IMG/VR virus record: IMGVR_UViG_2547132077_000004
Coordinates: 1 to 43,781 of that record
Length of the DNA: 43,781 nt
Reading direction: 5' to 3' (one strand)
Source of the DNA: a virus
Taxonomy: Duplodnaviria > Heunggongvirae > Uroviricota > Caudoviricetes
Of the stretch, positions 1-10,566 are shown piece by piece (within the stretch, counting starts at the first letter, position 1; every line of letters begins with the position of its first letter). Made by a program: the position numbers and the translations under genes. Below the pieces are notes generated by a model. That model searched no databases. It was not told the DNA's origin and was given only the letters and a program-made list of their open reading frames with translations.

Positions 1-799
1 CTGGCTTAAACGTTCCATCCCAGATACCGCTGTATTGCCGCGTCTGCGGGTTATAGTTCGACGGCACCTGCAGAATGCGCCCGCGCAGATGATAATTACG
101 GCTCACCTGCTGGCTGCCGAACTGCTCCGAATCCACCTGCACGCCGACCAGTGCCGTGTTCGGGTAGCCCTGTTTCACATCGATGATTTCGGTGTATGAC
201 GACCAGAGCGTTTTGTTCTGCAGCTGGTCTGTGGTGCTGTCCGGCGTCATCCTGCGCATCCGGATATTGAACGGGCGCGGCGGCAGGTTACCCACCACCA
301 CCGAGGCCAGATACTGCGAGGTGGTTTTGCCCTTAATGGTGATGTCTTTTTCCGTCACCCAGCCACCATTACGCTGGATCTGAACCAGCAGGCGGACTTC
401 CGACGGATTCCTGTCCCCCTTTGAGGTGGTTTCCACCAGTGCCTGCACGCCGAAGGTAAAACGCAGTCGGTCAATGTTTGCCGACGTGATGGTCCGGGTG
501 ATCGGCGTGTCGTATTTCACTTCCGTACCCAGCACCGTCTCGGAGCCGGAGGATTCAAATCCCTCCGGCGGTGTCTGCTCCTGCTCACCGGCCCGGAACA
601 CCACCGTGACGCCGGAGATATTGGTATTCCCCTCACTGTCCAGCACCGGCGTACTGTTCAGCAGCACGCTTTTTAATCCATCCACCGGACCTTCAACCGG
701 CCCTTCGCTGATGGCATCGATCACACTCAGCAACTGCGTGGACTTCAGGTTGTCCTTCGCTTCGCGCGGAGTATGCCCCTTACTGCTGCCTTTACCCAT
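1..799 (-). CDS. J: Tail tip/host-specificity protein J, N-terminal part only (gene runs off the window start)
   Basis: Reverse complement of 776-799 reads ATG GGT AAA GGC AGC AGT AAG G = MGKGSSKG, the lambda J N-terminus; sits directly after gene I in lambda order. No minus ORF in the track because it is open at the window edge; the plus-strand ORFs 183..383 and 426..815 are antisense artefacts. Confidence 0.8.
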   Translation of the reverse strand, partial: MGKGSSKGHTPREAKDNLKSTQLLSVIDAISEGPVEGPVDGLKSVLLNSTPVLDSEGNTNISGVTVVFRAGEQEQTPPEGFESSGSETVLGTEVKYDTPITRTITSANIDRLRFTFGVQALVETTSKGDRNPSEVRLLVQIQRNGGWVTEKDITIKGKTTSQYLASVVVGNLPPRPFNIRMRRMTPDSTTDQLQNKTLWSSYTEIIDVKQGYPNTALVGVQVDSEQFGSQQVSRNYHLRGRILQVPSNYNPQTRQYSGIWDGTFKP

Positions 800-858
800 T
801 CCTCACGCTCCATAAACGACAAAACCGCCCGGAGGCGGTTTCACATAAACGTTTTTCA

Positions 859-1530
859 TCAGCGACCAATCACCACAACCTGACCACCATCCCCTTCGTC
901 TGCCGTGCTGATCTCCTGAGAGACCACCCGCGACCCCACGCGCATTTCACCGTACAGAACCGGCAGAACATTGCCCTGGGCAACCATGTTATCCAGTGAG
1001 GAGAAATAGGTGTTCTGTTTGCCGTTATCCGTTGTCTGTGTACGGGGAGTTCTGGCTTTCGGTGCCAGCATCTGCGCCACACCACCGAGCACCATACTGG
1101 CACCGAGAGAAAACAGGATGCCGGTCATACCACCGGCCCCAATGGCTGCCCCCCATGCTGCAAGGGTGGCTCCGGCGGTAAAGAATGATCCGGCAATGGC
1201 GGCAGCCCCCAGGACAATCTGGAATACGCCACCTGACTTGGCCCCGGCGACTCTGGGAACAATATGAATCACAGCGCCATCAGGCAGAGTCTCATGTAAC
1301 TGCGCCGTTAACCCGGACGTGCTGACGTCCCGCCCGGCAATCCGTACCTGATACCAGCCGTCGCTCAGTTTCTGACGAAACACCGGGAGCTGTGTGGCCA
1401 GTGCGCGGATGGCTTCAGCCCCCGTTTTCACACGAAGGTCGATGCGGCGGCCAAATCGTTGCAAATCCCCGTAAAGGCAGATGCGCGCCATGCCCGGTGA
1501 CGCCAGAGGGAGTGTGTGCGTCGCTGCCAT
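859..1530 (-). CDS. I: Tail assembly protein I
   Basis: 223 aa, same length as lambda gpI; Gly/Ala-rich hydrophobic C-terminal half; position between K and J. Confidence 0.85.
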   Translation of the reverse strand: MAATHTLPLASPGMARICLYGDLQRFGRRIDLRVKTGAEAIRALATQLPVFRQKLSDGWYQVRIAGRDVSTSGLTAQLHETLPDGAVIHIVPRVAGAKSGGVFQIVLGAAAIAGSFFTAGATLAAWGAAIGAGGMTGILFSLGASMVLGGVAQMLAPKARTPRTQTTDNGKQNTYFSSLDNMVAQGNVLPVLYGEMRVGSRVVSQEISTADEGDGGQVVVIGR

Positions 1531-2171
1531 TTGTCGGTATACCTCTCTCGTTTGCTCAGTTGTTCAGGAATATGGTGCAGCAGCTCGCCATCACCACAGT
1601 AAATGGCGGCATGATTCGGCACCGATGAACCAAAACAGCACAGCAGCACATCGCCCGGTTGTGCTGATGACAACGGCACCTGATACAGCCCTGTGGCCTC
1701 CAGATTATCCAGATAGAGATTCTGACCGTGACGCCACCAGTCATCCTCGCGATGAAAATCCGGCATCTCAATCCCCGCCAGATGATAAGCATCCCGGAAC
1801 AGCGTGTAACAGTCCGTCACCCCGTGTTCAAAGCGCCGCCCGGTGAGATGCGGCACACAGCGGAACTTATGAATCGTCCCCCGGCAGACCAGCCACCACG
1901 GCAAATCACTCTGCACCTGCAGCCGCCGGTCAGCCTCACTCAGCCAGGGCAGACCACCGGGGTGACTGTGGACCAGCGCCACAATCTCACCCTGCATCTC
2001 TGCCCGCAGCCAGTCCTCCGGCGACATCCGGAAATACGCCTCCGGCTCACCGGAGATATTCACGCAGGGAAAATATCTTTCCCCTTCCGGCGTTCTCACC
2101 ACGAAGCCGCACGACTCCGCTGGCGCACATCGCCGGGCGTGCGCCAGAATCGCTGATTCTGTCTGTGTCAT
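1428..2171 (-). CDS. K: Tail tip assembly protein K (NlpC/P60-like plus JAMM/MPN-like domain)
   Basis: 247-aa ORF with HSHP metal-binding motif and a Cys/His pair; overlaps I as in lambda; start may be internal. Confidence 0.8.
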   Translation of the reverse strand: MTQTESAILAHARRCAPAESCGFVVRTPEGERYFPCVNISGEPEAYFRMSPEDWLRAEMQGEIVALVHSHPGGLPWLSEADRRLQVQSDLPWWLVCRGTIHKFRCVPHLTGRRFEHGVTDCYTLFRDAYHLAGIEMPDFHREDDWWRHGQNLYLDNLEATGLYQVPLSSAQPGDVLLCCFGSSVPNHAAIYCGDGELLHHIPEQLSKRERYTDKWQRRTHSLWRHRAWRASAFTGICNDLAAASTFV

Positions 2172-2176
2172 GGTAT

Positions 2177-2875
2177 TTACTGCGAAAGTTTGTTAATGGA
2201 AAGGAAGCCGCCAAAGTTGCCGACGTTATTGCGGAACTTACAACCGCTCAGGCATTTGCTGCATTTATCCTTCGTGATATCGGACGTTGGCTGGTCATAT
2301 TCATCCGCGACCGCCGGGCCTTGATAACCGCACTCATCGCCGCGATAGGTCCAGGTGCAGGTGTTGGCCAGCATGATACGTCCCGGAAAAACAGCGCCGT
2401 CCGTTTCCGTCGGCGTGGACAGTACAAAAGAGGCACTCACCGCGCTCAGTTCGCTGCACTGCTCAATGCGCCAGCGGCTGATCACCTCCTGCTCCGGATC
2501 GGCGTCACTGTTTCCGTTGACGAAGTTCACCGCATCCAGAAAACGGGCGTAAACCTTACGCCGGACCACCGTTCCGCCGACCAGACTCTGCAGATCTTCC
2601 GCCATCCCGGTGACCATACCGTACAGGTTAGAAACCGTCAGCGTGGGGCGCGTACTGGTGCCTTTGCCATTCAGTTCAAAACCACTCCCCTGAATGGGAT
2701 ACGGCTGATACTGTCGCCCCTGCCAGGTGACCGGCTCACCTTTTTCGTTCTGCTCATTACAGAAAAAATAACGTTCTCCACCGACCTCTGTCAGATCGAT
2801 TTCCCAGAGCACCACGCTGGCCGACTGCTCCGCACGGGTGCATTCATTCAATGTTTCCTGCCGGATATCCTGCAT
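2177..2875 (-). CDS. L: Minor tail protein L
   Basis: 232 aa, same length and position as lambda gpL; C-terminal Cys cluster (CSKCLSGC). Confidence 0.85.
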   Translation of the reverse strand: MQDIRQETLNECTRAEQSASVVLWEIDLTEVGGERYFFCNEQNEKGEPVTWQGRQYQPYPIQGSGFELNGKGTSTRPTLTVSNLYGMVTGMAEDLQSLVGGTVVRRKVYARFLDAVNFVNGNSDADPEQEVISRWRIEQCSELSAVSASFVLSTPTETDGAVFPGRIMLANTCTWTYRGDECGYQGPAVADEYDQPTSDITKDKCSKCLSGCKFRNNVGNFGGFLSINKLSQ

Positions 2876-3204
2876 CAGTTCACCACCTGTTCAAACTCTG
2901 CGCTGAACTCAACACGCAGCATACTGACCCGCGACGACCATTTTGCGCAGGTCACCTTTATCTGCCGCCACTCATAAGGCGGCGTCCACAGAAAGGATTT
3001 CCAGCCACCGTGCTCAGCCAGAAACGACTCCAGCGCCGTGGCCTCCCAACGGGGAACAGAAAGCGTCACACTGTACGTTTTCAGGTCGGCATTCAGCCCG
3101 GCAGGCGCTCGCTGGGAATAGCCATCACCAAAGCGCACCTTTCTTACGGAAGGGGCCGAAGCCACATCCATACCGGGTTTCACTTTCCAGCGGAAGGTTT
3201 TCAT
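2875..3204 (-). CDS. M: Minor tail protein M
   Basis: 109 aa, same length and position as lambda gpM; overlaps H stop and L start. Confidence 0.85.
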   Translation of the reverse strand: MKTFRWKVKPGMDVASAPSVRKVRFGDGYSQRAPAGLNADLKTYSVTLSVPRWEATALESFLAEHGGWKSFLWTPPYEWRQIKVTCAKWSSRVSMLRVEFSAEFEQVVN

Positions 3205-5762
3205 CGTCCACCTCCGGAGAACAGACCACCATCGCGCATCTGCCCGGTCACAACATCCATTGCCGCCTTACGGGCTACGTCATAAACCGCCTTCAGCGCC
3301 TGTGGCCCTATCTGACCGTTCGTGCCGTCGTTGTTAATCACCACATGGTTATTCTGCTCAAACTTCCCGGACGCCTGCGAGCGGCTGTCCGCCATGCTGC
3401 CCGGTGTACCGACATAACCGCCGGTGGCATAGCCGCGCATCAGCCGGTAGAGATTCCCCACGCCAATCCGGCTGGTTGCCTCCTTAGTGAAGACAAATTC
3501 ACCACGGTGAACAATCCCCGCTGGCTCATATTTGCCGCCGGTTCCCGTAAATCCTCCGGTCGCAAAATGGAATTTCGCCGCAGCTGCCTGAATGGCTGTA
3601 CCGCCTGACGCTGATGCGCCGCCACCAACAGCCCCGCCAATGGCGCTGCCAATACTCCCGACAATCCCCACCATTGCCTGCTTAAGCAGAATTTCTGTCA
3701 TCATGGACAGCACGGAGCGGGTGAAGCTGCGCCAGTTCTGTTCACTGCCGGTCAGCATCGCCGCCATATTCTGCGCAATACCATCAAAGGTCTGCGTGGC
3801 TGCACTTTTAACCTGCGACATACTGCCCGTGGCGCTCTCTTCCCACTCACTCCAGCCGGACTTGAGGCCTGCCATCCAGCTCCCGCGAAGCTGGTCTTCA
3901 GCCGCCCAGGTCTTTTTCTGCTCTGACATGACGTTATTCAGCGCCAGCGAATTATCGCCATACTGTTCCTTCAGGCGCTGTTCTGTGGCTTCCCGCGCTG
4001 CCTGCCGGTCAGTAAGCCCCCGGTTTTTCGCCTCAATGGCTGCCCGTTTTGCCCGTTGCTGCTGTGCGAATTTATCCGCCTGCTGCGCCAGCGCATTCAG
4101 GTGCTCCTGATACGTAACCTTGTCGCCCAGTGCAGCCAGCTGACGTTTGTACTCCAGCGTCTCGTCTTTATGCGCCAGCAGGGATTTCTCCTGTGCGGAC
4201 AGCTGGCGACGTTGTGCCGCCGCCTCCAGTACCGCAAACTGACTTTCCGCCTTCCACAAATCCCGGCGCTGCTGGCTGATTTTCTCATTCGCTCCGGTAT
4301 GCTTTTCCAGTGTCCGGAGTTCTGCCTGAAGCGCCAGCAGGGCAGCATGAGCACCATCTTCCTGACGATCGCCCGCAGACACCTTCACGCCGGACTGTTT
4401 CGGCTTTTTCAGCGTCGCTTCATAGTCCTTTTTCGCTGCCGCCATCAGCGTGTTGTAATCTGCCTGCAGGATTTTTCCGTCCTTCAGTGCCTTGTTCAGT
4501 TCTTCCTGACGGGCGGTATATTTCTCCAGCGGCGTCTGCAGCCGTTCGTAAGCTTTCTGCGCCTCTTCGGTATATTTCAGCCGTGACGCTTCGGTATCGC
4601 TCTGCTGCTGCGCATTTTTGTCCTGTTGAGTCTGCTGTTCAGCCTTCTTTCTGGCGGCTTCAAGCGCAAGACGGGCCTTTTCACGATCATCCCAGTAACG
4701 CGCCCGTGCTTCATCGTTAACAAAATAATCATCCTTGCGCAGACTCCAGATGTCGTCCGCTTTCTTAAACGCAGCCTCTGCCTTAATTAGCATCTCCTGA
4801 GCGGTATCAGGACGACCAATATCCAGCACTGCATCCCACATGGATTTGAATGCCCGTGCTGTCCTGTCTGCCCAGGTTTCCAGCGTGCCCATATTCTCTT
4901 TCAGGCGGCGGGTCTGGTCATCAAATCCCTTCGTGGCGGCCTCGTTCGCAGCCTGTAGTGCCCCGGCTTCATCGCCGGAACGCTGCAACTGAGCAACATA
5001 CGCAATCTGCTCCGCCGTCACGTTATGGAACTGGCGCGCCATCGCCGTCAGTCCCGACGTCGGGTCAGTGGTCAGCTTCCCGAAGGCTTCAGCAACTTTA
5101 TCCACCTCCACGCCCGATGCAGAGGAAAAACGCGCCACACTCTGGCTGATGGATGCAATCTGAGCCTCACCGCGTACCCCCGCCTTAACCAGTGCACTGA
5201 GTGATTCGCTGGTCTGGTTAAACGTCAGCCCTGCTGCCTGCCCCGCTCTGGACAGGACCATCATACGATCTGCCGTCAGACCTGACTGATGACCAGAAAG
5301 GACCAGCGTTTTGTTGAAATCAGACAGGGTTGAGTTGCCCTGGTACCAGGCATACGTCAGCGCACCGGTTGCCACCGCCAGCGAGGTGGCACCGACCATC
5401 GGCAGGGTGATCGCACCGGCAAGCCCCCTGAACATGGGGATCATCCCGCCGAAGGAGTCCTTCACCTGACCACCCTGTTGCAGCAGGATGAGCCACGGGT
5501 TCTGCCCGCCTGCAAGCTGCGTGGCCACATCGGTGAACTGCGCAGGCAACATACGCATGGCAGCTTTATACTGCCCGACGGAAATCCCCGCTTTCTGTGC
5601 AGCCAGCGCCTGTCGGCTCAGCGACTGTTCAACGATTGTCGCTGTTTTTTTCGCATCACTTTCCGTACCGGAAAAATGACGCCTGACTCTGGCCATCTGC
5701 TCGTCAAACCTGGCCGCATCCAGACTTAAATCAACGACCAGATCGCCTACCGGTTCAGCCAT
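3201..5762 (-). CDS. H: Tail tape measure protein H
   Basis: 853 aa, same as lambda gpH; long coiled-coil Ala/Gln/Lys-rich centre and Gly-rich C-terminus; downstream of G-T. Confidence 0.9.
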   Translation of the reverse strand: MAEPVGDLVVDLSLDAARFDEQMARVRRHFSGTESDAKKTATIVEQSLSRQALAAQKAGISVGQYKAAMRMLPAQFTDVATQLAGGQNPWLILLQQGGQVKDSFGGMIPMFRGLAGAITLPMVGATSLAVATGALTYAWYQGNSTLSDFNKTLVLSGHQSGLTADRMMVLSRAGQAAGLTFNQTSESLSALVKAGVRGEAQIASISQSVARFSSASGVEVDKVAEAFGKLTTDPTSGLTAMARQFHNVTAEQIAYVAQLQRSGDEAGALQAANEAATKGFDDQTRRLKENMGTLETWADRTARAFKSMWDAVLDIGRPDTAQEMLIKAEAAFKKADDIWSLRKDDYFVNDEARARYWDDREKARLALEAARKKAEQQTQQDKNAQQQSDTEASRLKYTEEAQKAYERLQTPLEKYTARQEELNKALKDGKILQADYNTLMAAAKKDYEATLKKPKQSGVKVSAGDRQEDGAHAALLALQAELRTLEKHTGANEKISQQRRDLWKAESQFAVLEAAAQRRQLSAQEKSLLAHKDETLEYKRQLAALGDKVTYQEHLNALAQQADKFAQQQRAKRAAIEAKNRGLTDRQAAREATEQRLKEQYGDNSLALNNVMSEQKKTWAAEDQLRGSWMAGLKSGWSEWEESATGSMSQVKSAATQTFDGIAQNMAAMLTGSEQNWRSFTRSVLSMMTEILLKQAMVGIVGSIGSAIGGAVGGGASASGGTAIQAAAAKFHFATGGFTGTGGKYEPAGIVHRGEFVFTKEATSRIGVGNLYRLMRGYATGGYVGTPGSMADSRSQASGKFEQNNHVVINNDGTNGQIGPQALKAVYDVARKAAMDVVTGQMRDGGLFSGGGR

Positions 5763-6189
5763 ACCGGACTCCTCCTGCGATCCCTTCTGAGACTGTCATC
5801 AGCATTACGTCATCCTCTGTCATATCCACCACATCCGGGGAAACGGTGATAACCTCATTCCCGTCCGGGCCAAAGCGGACGCCTCCGGCAAGCCCTGCCG
5901 CTTTCTGCATCAGCACATCATCTTCAGGCTCTTCGTCAGCCTCGCGCCGGTTCAGCAGACTGAAATCCAGCGGATGCATATCCGGATCGCTGAAAAACAG
6001 GCTGAGCACGGTATATGTCAGCCCGGAAAAGTGCATATCCAGCAGAACATCATGAAAATAATGGGTACTGTAAAAGCGGTGCCAGTCGGCATACTCCGTG
6101 GATGACATCCCGGCAAGCATGGCGCGCCAGTCGGGTCGCCCCATCTCACGCGCCAGTTTCAGGGCAAAACTCAGCTCACCGTCGAACAC
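5755..6189 (-). CDS. T: T segment of the G-T tail assembly chaperone, expressed by -1 frameshift from G
   Basis: 144-aa ORF in the -1 frame overlapping the end of G; slippery heptamer present at the junction. Confidence 0.75.
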   Translation of the reverse strand: MFDGELSFALKLAREMGRPDWRAMLAGMSSTEYADWHRFYSTHYFHDVLLDMHFSGLTYTVLSLFFSDPDMHPLDFSLLNRREADEEPEDDVLMQKAAGLAGGVRFGPDGNEVITVSPDVVDMTEDDVMLMTVSEGIAGGVRYG

Positions 6190-6593
6190 TTTCCCGCAGA
6201 AACAGGCTCTGCTGGCCCGGCGTCATCTGCCTGTTCAGGTGCATCATTCACAACAAACTCAGACATACCGGACAGACGCATTACCACATTTTCAGCCTGA
6301 GCAATTGCCTCTGTGGGCCAGGTGGTAAGCACTTCCTGCTCAATTTGTTTAACGGCTTCATTCATGGACGGCATCTTTGTCTTCTGCGGATGGCTATGCC
6401 ACAGGGACATCGCCACCAGAAAAGCACCGGTTCTGACGAGATCTTCCACGCTCACCTGTCGATTGAGACTGGATCCCGCCTGTTCTGCCTGTCGTTTCAG
6501 CAGGGCGAGATGCTCAATTCGCTGCAGGGCTGACAGTTCAGAAAGCGTGACGCTCACACCGTTATATTCAAATGATTCGGTTTTCAGGAACAT
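6171..6593 (-). CDS. G: Tail assembly chaperone G
   Basis: 140 aa, same as lambda gpG; immediately downstream of V. Confidence 0.85.
   Translation of the reverse strand: MFLKTESFEYNGVSVTLSELSALQRIEHLALLKRQAEQAGSSLNRQVSVEDLVRTGAFLVAMSLWHSHPQKTKMPSMNEAVKQIEQEVLTTWPTEAIAQAENVVMRLSGMSEFVVNDAPEQADDAGPAEPVSAGKCSTVS
6189..6195 (-). other. Programmed -1 ribosomal frameshift site (slippery heptamer GGGAAAG) joining G to T
   Basis: Reverse complement of 6189-6196 is CGGGAAAG, the canonical lambda G-T slip site, located in the G/T overlap. Confidence 0.7.
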
Positions 6594-6608
6594 CTCTGAC
6601 TCTCCGGA

Positions 6609-7379
6609 TTAACTGTCGGTGACGGTGATTTCTGCAACCACAGCAAGTTCACCATTACCGGATACAACCGGAATGTTGACCTTGCCTGCAGCAACACCTT
6701 TCACGGTGATGGTCATACCACTGACCGACACGGTGGCTTTTGTTTTATCCGCAGACACCGCACGGAAGCTCTTGTCGGTTGCGCCTTCCGGCTGGAATGC
6801 CACGGTCAGCGTGGTGCTCTGCCCTTTCACCACCGAAGTGCTGGCAGGCGTCACGGTCATGCCGGTTGCCGCTGTTACCGTGCTGCGATCTTCTGCCATC
6901 GACGGACGTCCCACGTTGGTGACTTTCACCGTGCGGGTGATCACTTCCTTCGCCGTCACCGCCTTACCGATACTGCTGACCCAGCCGCGGAACACATCGA
7001 CCGTGCCGTTCGGGAAGCGGATTTTATAGGCACGGGTATCCCCTTCATTAAACCACGCCAGCAGCGCCTGCTGCCCCTGCTCTCCGGGCATCCACGCCAG
7101 CGTGAAGCTGGTATCTCCGGCAGATTTCTGCCCCTGCCCGGTCGCAGTCCAGTCCGCATCTTCATCATCGAGATAGCTGTCGTCATAGGACTCAGCGGTC
7201 AGTTCGCCGGGCGTCAGGTCTTTAACTTTAGCCAGACGCGACCAGTCAACGTCTGAAAGCGGGTTCGCATAAGGGTCACCGTTCCCCTTATAAACCCACA
7301 GTGTGGTCCCGGCACCTTTCACCGGCATTGTTGGATTTGGTACAGGCATAGCGTCCTCACATTTCATAGGTAATGACAT
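6609..7379 (-). CDS. V: Major tail protein V with C-terminal Ig-like (Big_2-type) domain
   Basis: 256 aa; C-terminal Thr/Val-rich beta-strand segment typical of an Ig-like decoration domain; lambda position. Confidence 0.9.
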   Translation of the reverse strand: MSLPMKCEDAMPVPNPTMPVKGAGTTLWVYKGNGDPYANPLSDVDWSRLAKVKDLTPGELTAESYDDSYLDDEDADWTATGQGQKSAGDTSFTLAWMPGEQGQQALLAWFNEGDTRAYKIRFPNGTVDVFRGWVSSIGKAVTAKEVITRTVKVTNVGRPSMAEDRSTVTAATGMTVTPASTSVVKGQSTTLTVAFQPEGATDKSFRAVSADKTKATVSVSGMTITVKGVAAGKVNIPVVSGNGELAVVAEITVTDS

Positions 7380-7752
7380 AAGTCAGATCAGCTGAACTCC
7401 ACAGGCCCGCATCATCATCGCGCCGGTAGTCATAACCGCTGGCCACCATACTGGTGATCAAATCTGACAGTGCCGGGATATCGCTCATCACCGGATAAAT
7501 CCGGGACTCCATCCACGCATCCAGCTCTGAATCCTGCACCTGAGCAGGCAGGAAAACTTCAATATGCAGCTCTGCCTGCCAGGTATCGCTGTCCAGCTCT
7601 TCGCCCGTGTATTCAGCGCCGGTGAGATAAACGGCAACTGCCGGAAAATCCGCCTCACCAAAAACAGCGGGGCGACCATCAAAAAGCGTCGCCCCGGTGT
7701 CATGCTTCTCCAGTGCATCCAGTACGGCTGCACGGAGTTCAGTATGTTTCAT
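7357..7752 (-). CDS. U: Tail terminator protein U
   Basis: 131 aa, same as lambda gpU; position. Confidence 0.85.
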   Translation of the reverse strand: MKHTELRAAVLDALEKHDTGATLFDGRPAVFGEADFPAVAVYLTGAEYTGEELDSDTWQAELHIEVFLPAQVQDSELDAWMESRIYPVMSDIPALSDLITSMVASGYDYRRDDDAGLWSSADLTYVITYEM

Positions 7753-8327
7753 CGCTTTATTACCATTCTCAGTTGATGCTGCGGCGCATAGCCCAGCTCT
7801 TTCGGAAGACGTTCACGCCGTATCCGCTCAATATTCTGTTTAAACGCCGTGGTCAGCGGCACCGCCATCGGGATTTTCACCACATCAATGGGGTAACGGT
7901 TTTTTCCGGCCACACGCTGCATAACATGCCACCAGCCATTTTTCAGTTGCTGAATAAACGCGCCGGGAATACGACGATTGCCCACCACAAGCACGCTGCC
8001 GCCACCTTTCAGGGATGAACGCTGCCCCTTTTTGCGTCGCCTGCGTCGGGACAGGACAACCCGCGCATTACCCAGCTTGATTACGGGCAAATCCCCCCGG
8101 TTAACTTTGATTCTGGCCTGCGGATTTTTGACCGTGGCCCTTTTCAGTCTGGCCCTTTCCTTTACCAGTTTCCGGCGTACCTTTGTCTCACGGGCAACCT
8201 GTGACGCCGACTGCGATATCGCGGATGAAGCAACGCGGTTAATGGCCATTGCGGTGGCACCGGGCACCGCCGTTTTGCTGATACGGCTGAGATTTTCAAC
8301 GGCCTGCTCAAGACCTTTTATGGACAT
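7749..8327 (-). CDS. Z: Tail completion protein Z
   Basis: 192 aa, same as lambda gpZ; basic Arg/Lys-rich segment; position. Confidence 0.85.
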   Translation of the reverse strand: MSIKGLEQAVENLSRISKTAVPGATAMAINRVASSAISQSASQVARETKVRRKLVKERARLKRATVKNPQARIKVNRGDLPVIKLGNARVVLSRRRRRKKGQRSSLKGGGSVLVVGNRRIPGAFIQQLKNGWWHVMQRVAGKNRYPIDVVKIPMAVPLTTAFKQNIERIRRERLPKELGYAPQHQLRMVIKR

Positions 8328-8338
8328 ACATCCCCCTT

Positions 8339-8692
8339 TCAGCGGCGACGGTTAACGGCAGGGGGCACACCCCGCCCCAGCCAGAGATGACAGCTTCCGC
8401 CATCATCCGGCGAAACCCGGTCTACCCAGAAGTTTTCCTCACCGATGGTCAGCGTGTCTCCGCGCCGCAGCTGCCGCACATCATCAGTCCGGACAAACAG
8501 GGACGGGCTGGAGCCTTCAACACGCACGCCAGGTCCGGCATAGCTGATATTTTCAGGGTCATCAAAAACACCACGTATTACTGCGCCGGACTGTTCACCG
8601 GATGTAATGGTGGCTGACGTTCCCATGTACCCGCGTATCGTTTCATCGGCGCGGGCAATGGCAGCATCGAACAGGTTATCGAAATCAGCCAC
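8339..8692 (-). CDS. FII: Head-tail joining protein FII
   Basis: 117 aa, same as lambda gpFII; position. Confidence 0.85.
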   Translation of the reverse strand: MADFDNLFDAAIARADETIRGYMGTSATITSGEQSGAVIRGVFDDPENISYAGPGVRVEGSSPSLFVRTDDVRQLRRGDTLTIGEENFWVDRVSPDDGGSCHLWLGRGVPPAVNRRR

Positions 8693-8703
8693 AGTGCCTC
8701 CCG

Positions 8704-9102
8704 TTATTGCATTCTGGCCAGGCCGCGCTCTGTCATTTCAGCTGCCACACCGGCAGAGACACGGAACGCCGTTCCCGGCAGCACAAAATCCACAGGCTCA
8801 TCCCGTGTGGCGTGAAGTGCATCGGTATGCAGCGTCACCAGTGCCACGACCGTGACCAGATCAGCCGTATCCTGAATTACGGTATCCGGCGGCTCTGATA
8901 CCACCTCATTTTCATGCCCGGTCAGCGCATTTTCCGGGCTGACAGGCGTGTCCTGGCCGGAAGTGTCATCCGAGTCATCAAGCTCCTCTTCCAGCTCTGC
9001 CACACGGAGCGCCAGTTCTTCCTTCGTCCCCGTCAGGCTGACATCACGGTTCAGTTGCTCACCCAGCACCTGAAGACGGGAAATCAGTTCATCTTTCGTC
9101 AT
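8704..9102 (-). CDS. FI: DNA packaging/head assembly protein FI
   Basis: ORF is 145 aa; an internal start at MTKDELISRLQ gives 132 aa, matching lambda gpFI; acidic linker. Confidence 0.75.
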   Translation of the reverse strand: MTKDELISRLQVLGEQLNRDVSLTGTKEELALRVAELEEELDDSDDTSGQDTPVSPENALTGHENEVVSEPPDTVIQDTADLVTVVALVTLHTDALHATRDEPVDFVLPGTAFRVSAGVAAEMTERGLARMQ

Positions 9103-9143
9103 GGACTCCTCCACAGAGAGAAAATGGCCCCGAAGGGCCATGA

Positions 9144-10169
9144 TTACGCCAGTTGTACGGACACGAACGCATCAGGGTCAGCCAGCAGCATCAGCGGTGC
9201 TGACTGAATCATGGTGAACTCACGCGCCGGATCGCCGGTGGTCACCCAGTTTTTCGGGTAGCGGGCAGAGGCGTTAATGCCTTCGCGCTGTGCGTCCGCA
9301 TCCTGAATGCAGCCATAGGTGCGCAGACCGCGTGCCTGAGTGTTCCCCAGCACCATCGTGTTGTCCGGCAGGAAGTTCTTTTTGACGTCGTTTTCCACGT
9401 ACTGTCCGGAATACACGACGATCGCCGTATCGCCATACATCCCCTTATAGGACACCGCTTCGCCCAGGTCTTTTACCGCTGTCTCCAGCTCGGAATTAGA
9501 TCCGCGACGGGTATCCAGCTTCTCCTTGACGGCTTTGAAGGAACGGAACAGCGCCCAGCCTTTCGGATCAAACACGATGATATTCACCACACCGCTGGCG
9601 TTCAGCGCATAGGCTTCGATATCGTCGGTCGGATCATACGTGGACTTGTCACGCTTGCTCCACTCCGTGCCGCCAGACTGCGTGATGTTATTCGCCGCAC
9701 TGCGGCCCATATCCACCTCAACCGGATCGAAGGCTTCACCGGTCATGGTGTATTTGCCCTTAAGCACAGCAGAAACTGCCTGCATCTCTTCGACCTGAGC
9801 AATGGCCAGCTCTTCATCACGCATGTTCTGCATGATGATGCGACGGCGGCGGTAAGCCGGGTCCGCCAGATTCTGCGGATCTTCATCCGGCAGGCGACGC
9901 AGGGTCATCTGCGGATTCACCTCATGCTTCGGCTTGACATAACCCGGCGTAAATTCAGAGGTGGAGCCGCCACGGGAACGGATAACCTCACCGGAAACAA
10001 TTGGCGAAACGTACAGCGCCATGTTTACCAGTCCAGGAATTTGTGAGAGATAGACTTTCTCCGTGGTGAAGGGATAGCTCTCACGGAAAAAGAGACGCAG
10101 AAACAGCGGATCAAACTTAAATTTCTTCTCATTTGCCGCCAGCAGCTGGGCGGTTGTGTACATCGACAT
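9144..10169 (-). CDS. E: Major capsid protein E
   Basis: From MSMYTTAQLLAANE the product is 341 aa and matches the lambda gpE sequence as I recall it; ORF track start at 10196 is an upstream extension. Confidence 0.9.
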   Translation of the reverse strand: MSMYTTAQLLAANEKKFKFDPLFLRLFFRESYPFTTEKVYLSQIPGLVNMALYVSPIVSGEVIRSRGGSTSEFTPGYVKPKHEVNPQMTLRRLPDEDPQNLADPAYRRRRIIMQNMRDEELAIAQVEEMQAVSAVLKGKYTMTGEAFDPVEVDMGRSAANNITQSGGTEWSKRDKSTYDPTDDIEAYALNASGVVNIIVFDPKGWALFRSFKAVKEKLDTRRGSNSELETAVKDLGEAVSYKGMYGDTAIVVYSGQYVENDVKKNFLPDNTMVLGNTQARGLRTYGCIQDADAQREGINASARYPKNWVTTGDPAREFTMIQSAPLMLLADPDAFVSVQLA

Positions 10170-10224
10170 AAAAAAATCCCGTAAAAAAAGCCGCACAGGC
10201 GGCCTTTAGTGATGAAGGGTCAGG

Positions 10225-10557
10225 TTAAACGATGCTGATTGCCGTTCCGGCAAACGCGGTCCGTTTTTTCGTCTCGTCGCTGGCAGCCTCCGGCCAGAGC
10301 ACATCCTCATAACGGAACGTGCCGGACTTGTAGAACGTCAGCGTGGTGCTGGTCTGGTCAGCAGCAACCGCCAGAATGCCAACGGCAGCACCGTCGGTGG
10401 TGCCATCCCACGCAACCAGCTTACGGGTGGCGGTGTCCGGCATCAGCGGGGTCATTGCAGGCGCTTTCGCACTCAATCCGCCAGGCGCGGTTGCAGTATG
10501 AGCCGGGTCACTGTTGCCCAGCGGCTGGTAATGGGTAAAGGTTTCTTTGCTCATCAT
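10225..10557 (-). CDS. D: Head decoration protein D
   Basis: 110 aa from the third Met ([12 protein letters not shown]...), near-identical to lambda gpD as I recall it. Confidence 0.9.
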   Translation of the reverse strand: MMSKETFTHYQPLGNSDPAHTATAPGGLSAKAPAMTPLMPDTATRKLVAWDGTTDGAAVGILAVAADQTSTTLTFYKSGTFRYEDVLWPEAASDETKKRTAFAGTAISIV

Positions 10558-10566
10558 AAACATCCC

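Noticed and set aside
183-815. Plus-strand ORFs 183..383 and 426..815 at the window start
   Set aside because: They overlap the minus-strand N-terminus of tail fibre gene J (MGKGSSKG start at 799), which is missing from the ORF track only because it runs off the window edge.
2165-2977. 270-aa plus-strand ORF, and many similar plus-strand ORFs across 1-16000 (for example 3592..4110, 4056..4586, 6015..6533, 10547..10948, 13962..14438)
   Set aside because: All lie antisense to well-supported lambda structural genes of matching length and order; high-GC antisense frames commonly stay open. No independent support.
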